A stretch of 64,000 nucleotides of DNA from Anaeramoeba ignava BMAN. Its lineage: Eukaryota; Protista; Anaeramoebae. Below the pieces are notes generated by a model. The model did no database searches. It saw only the letters and a program-made list of their open reading frames with translations, and was not told the DNA's origin. The position numbers and the translations under genes were made by a program. Positions 51,671 to 63,939 of the stretch are shown here, in pieces (within the stretch, counting starts at the first letter, position 1; every line of letters begins with the position of its first letter). The stretch is from positions 124,001 to 188,000 of the forward strand of contig JAPDFW010000059.1 in assembly GCA_028826165.1 (NCBI GenBank), written 5' to 3'.

Positions 51671-54600
51671 ATGTAAATATTTTTGATCAAATTTATAAAA
51701 AAACAAAATTCACTTATTTTCCTTTTTTGTTTTTGTTTTTGTTTTTTTTTTTTTGTTTTTGTTTGGGAAAAATTAGGAAAATCAAGTTTTTTATTCTTTT
51801 ATTTTGCTTTTCTTTCTTCATTTTAATTGTTCAAAATCAAACTTTGAAAAATTCTTTTATTTTTCCAAGATCCATTTTAAATCCAACTTTATCTTTAATT
51901 GATGAAAGCAATGGATTTCTTTACTACTTCAATTTTGAATCTTCTCCATTCGGAAGTTTTCATGAGAATTCAATTTTTCAAATTGATTTAAATTCCCTTC
52001 ATTTGCTTAATTCATCTTATTTAAGTAATCTGGATGGTCAAAAAATTTCAACAGGAGTAATTGATCCAAAAAATCAAATTGCATATTTGGCAATAAATCC
52101 ATCCGCAACGAGTAATGAAAATCCAAAAATAATTAAATTCAATTTATCAAGCTTTTCAATTATAGATTTTATTGAATTACCTGAATCTTATTTGGAAATT
52201 GAATTTGTTTCTTCTCAAATTGATTTAAATAATTCCAAAGCTTATTTTATTTTGAAATTGTAATGGTATTTTTTCTTCTGTCAAGGATCAAATTTTCAAA
52301 ATTGATTTAACAAATTTTTCAATCGAATTGAATACAAGTATTGATGCAGATTCTATTTATGGTTCTCAAATTGATCTCTTTAATCAATATCTTTATATTT
52401 TCTCAACAAATGATTTCAATTTAAATCCTCAAATACAGAAAATTGATTTAGGAGATTTATCGGAAATTGGAACACTTACTTTAATTGAGATTTTCTCTGA
52501 ATGGTCAAATATGAATGGAATTATTGATAATTCAACAAATTTAATGTATGTTGGCTTTTCTTATTATCCATCTTTGATAATTGTGAAAGTAAATTTGACT
52601 GATTTTACAAAAATGGATAATATAACTGTGGAAGATATAGATATGGGTGATACTATTTCAGTAGGAATTGATACAGTGAATAATTTAGGTTATTTTGTAA
52701 TCGATAATTTTGATCCGAGAGATCCTCTTCTCTCCATCTCTAAAATTAATCTTACTTCTTTTGAAAGTATTCAATCATATTCCTTTTCAAATTATGGAGC
52801 TGTAATATCTTTTGGTTCTTCAACAACTTATGCTTATATTGGATTCTTTAATTCATCATTTATCAAGTTTGATTTATTAGAATTCCAAGAAAAGAATTCA
52901 ACATTGGGAAATTTTCAAGATCCATCCATCATTTTAATTGATGAATTAAATCAAATGGCTTATGTTGGATTTGATCGTCTTTTTGTATTAGTTGCAAAAA
53001 TTGATTTATCTTCTTTTCAATTAATAGATTACATAACAAATTATAATTCTTCTGATAAAATTAATTATGGAGAAATTGATTCTTCAAATGGATTTGCTTA
53101 TTTTTTTATAAGTTCTCAAACAAAAATTTCAAAAATTATGAAAGTTGAATTATCCAATTTTTCAATTTCAGAAATGAAAATTCTTGATTCAAATGGATCA
53201 ATTCAATCAACTTGTTTTGATAACCAAAATCATTTCCTTTATGTTGGATTTGCAAATTTAACTGATGAAAATGGAAAAATTCTTAAAATAAGTTCTCCAA
53301 ATTTAGAAATTGTTGATTATTTTCCAATTTCTGATTTTAAACAATTCCAAAATTTATTTGTTGATTCTTCCAAACAAATACTTTATTCATTTATGGAAAT
53401 TAACAATCCAATAGGTTTTTCGTTTGATTTAATTAAAATTGATCTTTATTCTTTTAATCAAACATCTTATTTGGATTTAACAAATTATTATCCAATTCAA
53501 ACAATGTTATTTAATTTAATTCATCAATTCATTTATTTTCTCTGGGAATCTGAAAATGATGGAATCCAAATTTGTGGAATTGAATTATCTGAAATGAGGG
53601 TTTTAGATGATTATGTTAAGATTGAATCAGATCAATTTTTTTCTTTTTCTTTCCTCAGTTCATTTATTGATTCAAAATCCAGATATGGATATTTATTATT
53701 TAAAGAAGTCCAAGTAAATCAAGAAAATATTGATAACAACATTCTTCCCTTTACAAAAGCTGCAAACTCACATGAAATCCAGGTCTGTCAGACTCCTATA
53801 GAGAATGATCAATATTCAACCAAAATAATTTCAAATTGATTTAAATTCATTTCAAATTCTTACAGAAACAAATTGGAATTATTCTTTTAATATTTTTACA
53901 TTTGATTCATCAACAAGATATCTTTATTCAACAGCTTATTTTTTTGATTATAATTATGATAATCCACAAAGTTCATTTCATCAATTTTCTCTTCCAACTC
54001 CAACTCCAACTCCAAATCCTTCAAATCAAAAATCATCCAAATCAATTATTATTATTCTTTCAACAATTATTCCAATTTTAATAATAATTTCTTTAATTGT
54101 GATTTTCTTAATTTTGAAAAAGAAAAAGAAAAAGAAAAAGAAAATTATTGAAAGAAAAGAATCAAAAAAATATCAAAAAATCAAAAAACCAAGTAAATGC
54201 TCTCTTTTCTTTAAACCAATTTTGAAATGGATTGGAAAACCAAATTTTCTTGATTTTGTTGGAGATGATGTTATTTGGAGATCTCTTACAGTTATTTTAC
54301 TTTCTACTTTTTTCATTTTTACATTTGGAGTTGCGTTTAGATATTTACTTGAATCAACAGAAATTAATGAAGATAAAATTGGGATAAAGTAATTATTTAT
54401 TAATTAATTAATTAATTATTTATTTAATATTTAAAAAACAAATTTTAGTTTTGATTTCTTTAAATTTCCAAATGAAACTGAACTTTATTATTTCCAAACT
54501 TTTAGTACTGAAGTAAATTAATTAATATTTATTTATTTCTTCTTTTATTTTTTTTTTGTAAATAATTTAATTTAATTTATTCTTTTTTTCTTATTTTCTT

Positions 54601-57600
54601 ATTAGTTAAGAGTTTCCAAAAAATTTAAAAGTGATGGAATTAAAAATTGTAAAGTAACTGCAAGTGCATATTCTTTAGATTCAAGTCAAAATTATGGAGG
54701 AAATGATTTAAGTTTAATGGAAATGAAAGAATACTTGAAAAATCAAATTATAATATCAGGAGATACAATTCAATATTCTGATGAAGATGGATTTGTAAAA
54801 TTTTCAAATCTTTCAATTAGTTCAGGAATAAGTCAAACAATTAATTTAACATTTTTTGCTGAATGTGGAATTGAAAGTGAAAATGAATTTAAAAAGAATG
54901 GACCTTGTAAATATTATTTATTTAAAATTATTTCCAAAATAAATCCAATTATAATTTAATTTTAATTTAATTTTAATTTAATTTTAAAATAATTTTAGCT
55001 CAAAATATCTCTTTAAAATCAATTTATTCAAATTCAACAACAGCTCAAATTTCTTTTCCACTTTCAATGAAACTCACAGGTATTTAATTAATTCAATTCA
55101 AATCAAATCAATTTCTATTTATTTATTAAAAAATATTATTTTATTTCTTTGGTTTAGTTGATAAATTTTATTTTGCAAAAAATGAATCTTTTAATAATGA
55201 AATATTCAATTTTGGAAAAGAAATCCTTTTCATTTTTGGATTTAGTTTAAGTGAATCAAGTTTAAAAAATCAAGTTTATTTGAATAATATTTCAATATTT
55301 TCAATTCCAGCAAATAGAACTTGGATTTATCCTGAATATGAATCTTATTGTAAAAAAAACAAAAATTAAATTAAATTAAATCAAATCAAATTAATTCTAA
55401 TTTTAATTTTTAAATAGTTTTTGTCAATTTAACTTCTTCTTCTTTTTTACCAAATGTTTTATTTCCATCAATTAAAATTTTTAATTTATTAAGTGGAGCA
55501 ACTTCAACAAAAATGAATTTAACAACTTTTTATGAAGGAAATCAAATGAAAATTTATGATCCTTCACAAAATTCTTATTTATCTGAAAATTATTTTAATT
55601 TAAATTTTGAAACAAATGGTTTGAATTTTAAATTTAAATTTTAAATTTATTTTTAATTTTGATTTTAATTTAAAAAAATAGTTTCCAAAATTGAAATTAT
55701 TGAAAATGGATCTTTTATTGTGAAAGAAGGAGAAATATTTTCAAAACCTTGGGAAATTATTGTTAAAGATAATGAAAATAAAACAATTCAAAATAAACCT
55801 GTTTTTGCAAAAATTTCTAAACAATGTAATTTTGAAATTTCAGAAAATCAATCTCCTATTGAAAATTCAAAAGTTCTTTTAAATCCTATTTCTTTTACAA
55901 ATGAATTTGGAATGTAAAACAAAATTTAAAAACATAAAATTAACAAAAATTAAATTTTTAATTCAAATTATTTTTTGGAATTATTTTTTAGAGCAACTTT
56001 CTCAAATTTAAAATTTTCAATTTCAGGATTAACAAAGAATAATTGCCAATTTAAAATTAAATTTATTTCAGATGGATTTTTTATTGAAACTGATAATATT
56101 CAAGTTAATTCTTCAATTAATAAAATTATTTGGATTGAAACAATGAATTCAATCAATATTACAAAAGATTTTAAAATAATAAGTAATGATACTTGGCCTG
56201 TTATTCAAGTCCAAGATGAATTTGGAAAAGGAATTCCAAATAAATTAATTTCTTTTAATTGTTCAGATTTTACATTTCAACCTTATCAATTTATCACAAA
56301 TCAAAATGGATTTGTTTCTTTATATTTAGATTTTGCTTTAATTCTTCCTAATGATTTTCAATCTGATCATTCGAGTGATTATTATTATTCAAATCAAACT
56401 TGTTCAGTTATTGTTGATGGAATTGAATCAGAAATGATTAAGATTGAGATTGCAATTAGTAATTATGATTGGGATAATCTTAATTTAAATTCAATTTCCA
56501 AAATTGAAATAATAAATTGGAATGAAAATATAAAATCAGGAGAATTGATAAATTTGAACATTTCTATTGAAAATCATACAGGAATTGTTATTAATGAAAA
56601 TTATAATTTAACAGGATTTATTAATCCAGGAGATTTACCAATGGGATATTTAATTTATCCTGAAGAAGGATATTGGAATATTATAAATGGAACAGGAATA
56701 ATTTCAACAAGAATTTATGGAATTTCAATGAGAACTGAATTATGCTTAGTAATTGGAAAAGATTATATTCCTGATTTTGAAAATTATGATTGGAAAGAAT
56801 GTTTTGGAATGAGTTTATCAAATGATATTGAAAAAGTTGAAATTTCTCATTTTCCAAATCCAAATCAAAATTTTATACCTGGTCAACCTTTTGGAAATGA
56901 ATCAATCAAATTGAATATAACTGGAAATAATATTTCAGAAAATAATTTAACTGTTAATATTCTTTCTTTAAATTCAAATAATTATTATGGAAAACTTTTT
57001 GGAAGAAATTCAAGTGAAACAGTAAAAAATGAATCAAATAATTTATTCCAATCAAATTATACATTAAATGGAACAGGTTTTTATTTTTATTTTTTTTTTA
57101 ATTTAAATTCAAATTAATTTTTTATATTTATTTTTCTATTTGAATTAGAATTAATTTTGGATAATTTTATAATCAATCAACAATCAATTTATGATTCTTT
57201 CAATTTAATGATTTTTGTAAATGGAGTTCCTTCAAATTCAGAAATTCCTGTTAAACTTTGTTTTCCTCATAAAGATTATAATTTCAATTTAACTTGGAAT
57301 ACATCCATTCCATTTGTATCAGGATATAACAAAATTCCTTCTCAACCAATTTTACAAATTACAAATTCAACAGGAGAACCAATTCAAGGATATTATGCTT
57401 ATTTTTCAATTTTGAATGATTTATCTTTAGGTGAAGTTGAAGTAATAGATGTTAATACAGGAATAACTGTAAATATTTTAAGTACAGCTCCTTCAAATTC
57501 AACTGGATATGTAACTTGGAATATTTCTTTTCTTAAAATATCGGAATCAACAACAGTAAAAGCAATGTTTTGGATTCCAGATTGTGAAAATCCAAATCCT

Positions 57601-60600
57601 AATTTTTTTAATCCCAATAAGATAGAAAAGGATTTAAATGTTTCAATTGAAGAATTTGATTGGCAATTTTTTGATATTCCTTCTCAATTAATTTATAATC
57701 AACATTTCCCAATTTCTCCAAAAGTTCTTATTTCAAATCAAAATACAAATGAACCAATTCCCAATAAATATGTTATTTTTCAAATGCAGGATAACTCTGA
57801 TAATACTCAATATCTTGATATCAAAACAGAAATTACAAACGAAAAAGGAATTGCAACATTTTCAAATTTATTTTTGGATTTAGAAGAAGAAATTGAGGAA
57901 ATAAATATTCAATTTGTTTGTGATGATCATTATTATTCACAAGATATCCAAATTATTTATGAACCAACTCATAGTCAAATTTTAAGTTCTGCAAGAAATT
58001 ATTCCCAAATTGGAATCCCATTTATTTTCCCTAATCAATCAATAACATTTAATAACAAGAATTATTTAGGTTCATTTATTGTTCAACTTTTTTCTTTTTC
58101 AATTCCAATTTCTGGAAAACCAATAACAGCCAATTTAATTTCACAAAATTCAGAAAATGGGAAATTAGATCCATCAACTTCACTTGAAATAACTGATGAA
58201 AATGGAATTGCAGTTTTCAATCTAAGAATGGAATCAGGAAATTTTGGATATTATCAAATTGAATTTTCTTATTTAAATTCAATTTCTATTACAAGTGATC
58301 CAATTTATGTTCAAATTCCAATTCAAAAAGTAAATCTTATTCCAACTTCAGATTTTCCAAATGAATTAGAAATTGGAAATACATTTTCAGCAACAATTAA
58401 TATCACTTTTTTTGAATATTTTGAAAATTTTGAAAATATTTCTTTTCCAATTAATATTATTACCAAATGTTCAGATGCTTCTTTTTCTAATGATAATATT
58501 GTCAAAAAACCAAATAATGAAATTATTTTAAACAATTTGAAATTTGATTCAGTTTCAGGAAATTCAGAATGCTTGAATAAAGAAGGAAAAGTAAAAGCAG
58601 AAATTGCATTTTCAGTTTTAGGAATTCAATCAAATTTCCAAACAATTTTAATTACATCACCTGATAAAATTGTTATAACAAAAGCAATTGATTCACTTAA
58701 ACAATATCTCCTTTTTTGGGTTGTTAGTTTATGTCTTATTTTCCCATTTGTTCTTAATTCAACAAAGAATCATAATATTATTACATTTCTTATTGTTATT
58801 GGATTAATTATTGTTTTGATGGTTTATATTTCAAATTTAATTCCTAAAACAGATAAAATTGAAACAGGACAATTTGTTGCATTATCAATTTTTGAATCAA
58901 TTCTTATTAGCCTTTCTATCTTGATTTTATTGATTATTATTTTATCAAAATTTATTCCAAAATTTAGAAAATTAATTGAAAAAACATTTTTTATTCATGA
59001 AAGAATATCAAATTATTTTATTCTTTTCAAAAGATTACTTCCAATAGGTGCAAACAAATCATTAAAATTTATTGAAATTGAAAAAAAATTTATTGAACAA
59101 CATTTAAATTCAGAAACAGAATCAGAATTTAAAATGAGTGATTTTGAAAATAAAAATAAAAATAAAAAAATTGCAAATGAAAATGGAGAAATTGAATTAG
59201 AATCTGATATACAAAATGAAAATGAAAATGAAAATGAAAATGAAAATGAAATTGAATTAGAATCTGATTCACAAAATGAAAACCGAACGATGAAGAAAAA
59301 AATCAAAAATAAGAAAATCTCAGAATTAACAGAAACAGAAATTCAATTCCTTATCCACCAATATTCTCAAAATTTAAAAAATGAGGAAATTAGCAACTCA
59401 TTAGCATTTAAAAAAGAAAAAGAAAATCAAACCAAATCAAAAAATAAATGTTCAATTTTTTGGAATTGGATTATTGGATTATTCAAAAAATTAATCAAAA
59501 AAATCAAATCAAAATTTGAAGATAAATCAAATCCACATCAAGAATATGAAAGTTATTTTGATTTTTATTATCCACAAAGAATGATTGCTTCATTTTGGCT
59601 TTGGATTGTATTAGTTATTTTATTGATTTTACTTATAACAAAATTAATAAGAAGTTCTTGTTTAATTACTGAATTATATCGACAGCAAGTTATTGGAAAT
59701 GTTCAACAAAATCAATGTTTTGAAGATAAACCAAATATGAATGATTATTTAAACACAATTTCAATTTATGGAGTTGAATTAATTCAAGAAATTGATTCAA
59801 CTTATTCAAGTAATCCAAATCCATTTCCAAATTCATTTTCAAGATTTGTTTATTCATTTTCAAGAACAAAAGTAAATCAAATTCTTAATGCAATATCAAT
59901 TACTTCAGGAATTTCAGGATTAATTGCATTTATTATTCTTCTTTTGCTTTGGAGATCAATTTTCAAATTATATAAGAAAAGAATAATGCTTTTAAGACAA
60001 GGTAAAAAACCATTTCCAGGATTTGGTACAGCAGATCCAGTTAAAGTAACTTCATATACAAATTTACAAGCTTGGTTAGGATTAATTTCCTTCTTTTTAG
60101 CTTGGGTTTTTGTTTTCATCACTTTATTTATTATTCCAGCAATTTATTGGTTCATTTCAAAAGAATTTCTTTATGGAGTATTTAAATATTTCTTATCTTT
60201 GATTATAATTGTGATTGTTTATCAAATTATTTTTGGAATTATTGGTCAAAGAATTATGAGGAAATATTTCACTTATAAAAAGAAGATAACTAATCGAACA
60301 GCATTTTCAATTTATGATTTTATTAAATTTTTTATGACAATATTTTCAGGAGCAACTTCATCAATTCAAAAATTATTAGGAATGGGAGGAGGATCAATTT
60401 TATCAATATTCAGACTTGATGATAAAAAATCATTTGATGAATCTTATTCAGCAATGATGTTAATTGATCATGAAATAAATAATCCAATTCTAAGAGTTTT
60501 TTCAAATTATTTAATTAATTTTGTTAATCAGAAAAAAATGTTCCCAAAAGGAATTAATGAAGATCTTTTCAACAAAGAAAAAATTAGAAAAATGTTTTTA

Positions 60601-60828
60601 TTTCTTCTTACACTTTCATCAAATAAAAATTTAAAAGAATTAAGAAAAAAAGCACTTAAAATTGAAAAAAGAAGAAAAGAATTAAAGAAAGAAAAAGAAG
60701 AAAAAGTTCAAAAATTAATTGAAGAAAAATTCAAATCAAATTCAGAAGAAAAACAACAAGAAGAAATTATATTTGATAATCAATTAGAAATTCCATTAAT
60801 TCCAAGAAAGAACAACAAAATTAATTAA
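51671..60828 (+). CDS. Giant membrane protein (~2815 aa): signal peptide, beta-propeller-like ectodomain, TM hairpin, bacterial-Ig-like repeats, C-terminal STRA6/RBP-receptor-like multi-TM domain
   Basis: Exons 51671-51672, 51777-54388 (+1 indels near 52255 and 53830), 54449-54512, 54606-54906, 54999-55079, 55158-55349, 55418-55618, 55682-55913, 55992-57076, 57149-60828; all introns GT-AG and in phase. Repeated T(D/N)xxGxAxFxNL motifs. STRA6-like motifs FYYPQRM, YKKRIMLLRQG, ITNRTAF...RLD, YSAMMLIDHEINNPILRVF, FLLTLSSNKNLKELRK. Confidence 0.7.
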
Positions 60829-61035
60829 TTAATTTCAAATTCCAATTCAAAAATAAAAAGAAAAATGAAACAAATTTTTTTTCCTTTTTTATATTTTTAT
60901 TGATTTTAATTTTTTAAAAAAAAAGGTTTTGTCTAAAAATGAATTGATTAAAAGAAGTATATGAATTAATTAAAAAAAGAGATTTAGTGAATTTTTTTTT
61001 TGTGTTAAAAAAAGGAATTCAAAAAAAATAATTTT

Positions 61036-61782
61036 TCAATAAACATAAATGTAATCATAAATCAACCTAAATTAAATACAAAAAAATAAATAAAAAATAA
61101 AAAATAAAATTTGGAAAATAATAGAAGAATTTTTTAAATCAATTTACGTCCAAAATAAAAGAAAAGCAAATAAAGAAGTAATTAAACTTTCAAAAATCAT
61201 TTGAATTTGAGAAACAAAATAATTTTCAAATTTAAATTTAATTTTAAAACCAACAAAAAGATAAACAAGGATATTAGATAAAAGGAAAATAAGAAATCCC
61301 AGAACACCAGTAATTTTTAAACAACCAATAATCGATCCAATTAAGCAAGATAAAATCAAACGACTTTTCATTATAATTTTATAAATAATTTTATAAATAA
61401 TTTTATAATTAATTTTATAAATAATTTTATAAATAATTTTATAAATAAATTAATATATAATTTTATAAATAATTTTATTAATAATTTTATATTTAATTTT
61501 ATAAATAATTTTATATTTAATTTTATAAATAATTTTATAAATAATTTTATAAATAATTTTATATTTAATTTTATATTTAATTTTATAAATAATTTTATAA
61601 ATAATTTTATAAATGATTTTATAAATAATTTTATAAATAATTTTATAAATAATTTTATTAATAATTTATATTTAATTTTATATTTGATTTTATAAATACA
61701 ATGTTGTAAGATTTTTTTGATTCTTTTTTAAATTTTCTAAAACTAAACCAGGTTTTTCTGAATTAATTTGTTGATTTAACAT
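61036..61782 (-). CDS. EMC6: ER membrane protein complex subunit 6 (Rab5ip/EMC6 family, 109 aa, 2 introns)
   Basis: Exons 61782-61700, 61363-61148, 61066-61036 give ...NLKKNQKNLTTFRLILSCLIGSIIGCLKITGVLGF...YF...SLFAFLLFWTLIYDYIYVY*, matching the EMC6 pattern. Confidence 0.88.
61375..61697. repeat. 12-bp (TTTTATAAATAA)n repeat filling EMC6 intron 1
   Basis: Directly visible; same unit as 120-545. Confidence 0.88.
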
Positions 61783-61881
61783 ATTTTTTTTTTAAAAAAT
61801 GAAAAAGAAAAAAATGAAAAAAATTTTTATCAAAATTTGAAGAAAAAAAAAAAAGAAATTAAAAAAAGAGGAAGAAATTAA

Positions 61882-63939
61882 TTAATTATCTCTTTGACGA
61901 GAAGAACAAACAGTGCAAAAAGGTTTATCTCTAATATTTTCTTTAAGACAAGCTAAATGGAAAGTATGGCCACAAAAGAAAGAAACAAAAGGTTCAATTT
62001 GGGAAATTTTTCCGTTACAAATTGGACAAGAATTTTTATGATTAAAACGAAAACCCATTCTCATTCTAGTATGTAAAGAATGCATCAACTCTCCACAATC
62101 TTTACGAACAACATCAGTAGCCAAGTTACTTAGTTTAACATTTCTTTGGAAGTTTTCAATGATGTATTTGAGCGAATCGCCCAATCCAGGAATCACCTTT
62201 TGTTCAGGAACTCTTCTTATTGTTTCTTCAAGTCGAAAATTTGAATCAAAAAGTGCTTTCAATAAAGGCGGAAAATGTACAGGTTCATTGACGCAATAAG
62301 ACACCAATTTCCGCAACAAATGCGGATCTTTTTCGTGCTGAATAAACTTGATTGCTTTCTCCATGTCTTTCAGTTTATGAAAGATTAGGTCAAGCGCTTC
62401 ATATGTATTCCCCATTCTTTTTAGAATGTAAACTGACTCCCGAAATAGTTCGTGCTCTTTGAAATAAGTAAGAGCCTCCTCCAGTGGGATATAATCAGAG
62501 GACTTGAGGAATTTGATTAGATTCTGTGGATCAAATTCGTTTGTCAGTTTGATTATTTCGAACTGATAGTCTTTCACAATTTGTGGATCTTTTTTGGACA
62601 GGTTCTTGAAATATTCACAAAGAAGTTTGCGTTTTGTTTCCAATTGCTCAACAACCGTTTTAATCGGGATCTTTTCCGTGTTATTCACGAGCATCGTGAT
62701 TGTTTGTCTCTCGTCGAGATCGGCGAGGTCGGAAATTCGAGTGCTGATGGAATCGAGCAAATTGTTTGCGGTGATCATCTCGAAAACGTCTGGTCTTTCT
62801 AGAGTCAGATAAATAGTCAAGGCATCTTCGTATTGCCCGACCTCGAGATACAAGTCCGCCAAGGGAAGAGCAAGACGTTCGTCGAGAAAGTTGATCTCCT
62901 TTTGTTTGTCTTCGATGATCAAAATGATGCTTTTTTGGTTGTAGATGTTTTTGGGCCATTTTCTTATTGTTTGCAAGAACAAGTCAAGATTGTCATTTTC
63001 TAAGAAGTTGTTCAATATCATCTCGTAGATGACCTCTTGGAGTCTTGGGTGATCTATTGGTATGTACGGACAGATCTCCTCGAATTGCTGGAACTGGAAA
63101 AATTGCGAGATCCATCTGACCCACAAGTTTTGATCATCTGCGCAAACAATCGGACAAATTTTCGCTGCTTCCCGAATCTGCATTGGATCTTTCGAGACTA
63201 GCAAGCTTCCAAGAAGCACTTCACCGATCCTTGTCACGTTGTATTTTTTCAATTGCCTCTCGTTTTTTTGCGCAACTTTGAACGCTTCGGAATATCTCAA
63301 TCTTTCCATCAACCACGTGATTTGATCATCAATGTTTCTTTCCGTTGCTTCAAGAAGTTGGAACGGCGAATACAAGAAAAACATTGTTCTTGTTTTCTGT
63401 TCTGTCGGATTTGGTTGCGCCTCAAGACCCAAATCAAGCGGGGAACAGAATTCATAGCCGCGGATCATAATACTTTCCTCAAAAATGATTTCCCCCTTTT
63501 TTGTTATAATCCGCATATCCGGAATCGGACAGTATTGTTCTTCCAAAAGCTTCTTTGCATCTTCTCCAAATAGATCCTTCATCACATTTTTCTTGCTTTC
63601 TTCTTCTTCTATTCGCTTCTCTTTTGGTTCAGGTTTTTCTATTATGTGCTTGAATTCCTTTTCAAACCGATCAAAAAGATCTTTGATTTTTGGATCTTCC
63701 ATTTCATTCTCCAAATTCTGCATTGTAAGCATCAAATAGTTGTCGTTATAAGGAGCGATTCCGCAAATTATAAACGGAAATGTCTTCACAAGTTTGTAAT
63801 TATATTCATTTGTTTCCGTTACTATTAGTTCGTGAATTTGATTTGCCCATGCAATTATAATTTTATTATTTTCAATCCATTTCATTCTGCATGGATACTT
63901 TTCAAGAGGTCTTAAACAATCCTCTTTAATTGGTATTTT
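61882..63939 (-). CDS. VPS41: HOPS subunit Vps41, last exon (5' part beyond the window)
   Basis: RPLEKYPCRMKW...IIAWA, FIICGIAP, SPFQLLEATERNIDDQITWL, PYIP...YEMIL, clathrin-heavy-chain-like repeat (FLKSSDYIPLEEAL...YILKRMGN), C-terminal RING-H2 CPIC...FCGHTFHLAC...CTVC. AG acceptor at 63940. Confidence 0.92.
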   Translation of the reverse strand, partial: KIPIKEDCLRPLEKYPCRMKWIENNKIIIAWANQIHELIVTETNEYNYKLVKTFPFIICGIAPYNDNYLMLTMQNLENEMEDPKIKDLFDRFEKEFKHIIEKPEPKEKRIEEEESKKNVMKDLFGEDAKKLLEEQYCPIPDMRIITKKGEIIFEESIMIRGYEFCSPLDLGLEAQPNPTEQKTRTMFFLYSPFQLLEATERNIDDQITWLMERLRYSEAFKVAQKNERQLKKYNVTRIGEVLLGSLLVSKDPMQIREAAKICPIVCADDQNLWVRWISQFFQFQQFEEICPYIPIDHPRLQEVIYEMILNNFLENDNLDLFLQTIRKWPKNIYNQKSIILIIEDKQKEINFLDERLALPLADLYLEVGQYEDALTIYLTLERPDVFEMITANNLLDSISTRISDLADLDERQTITMLVNNTEKIPIKTVVEQLETKRKLLCEYFKNLSKKDPQIVKDYQFEIIKLTNEFDPQNLIKFLKSSDYIPLEEALTYFKEHELFRESVYILKRMGNTYEALDLIFHKLKDMEKAIKFIQHEKDPHLLRKLVSYCVNEPVHFPPLLKALFDSNFRLEETIRRVPEQKVIPGLGDSLKYIIENFQRNVKLSNLATDVVRKDCGELMHSLHTRMRMGFRFNHKNSCPICNGKISQIEPFVSFFCGHTFHLACLKENIRDKPFCTVCSSRQRDN

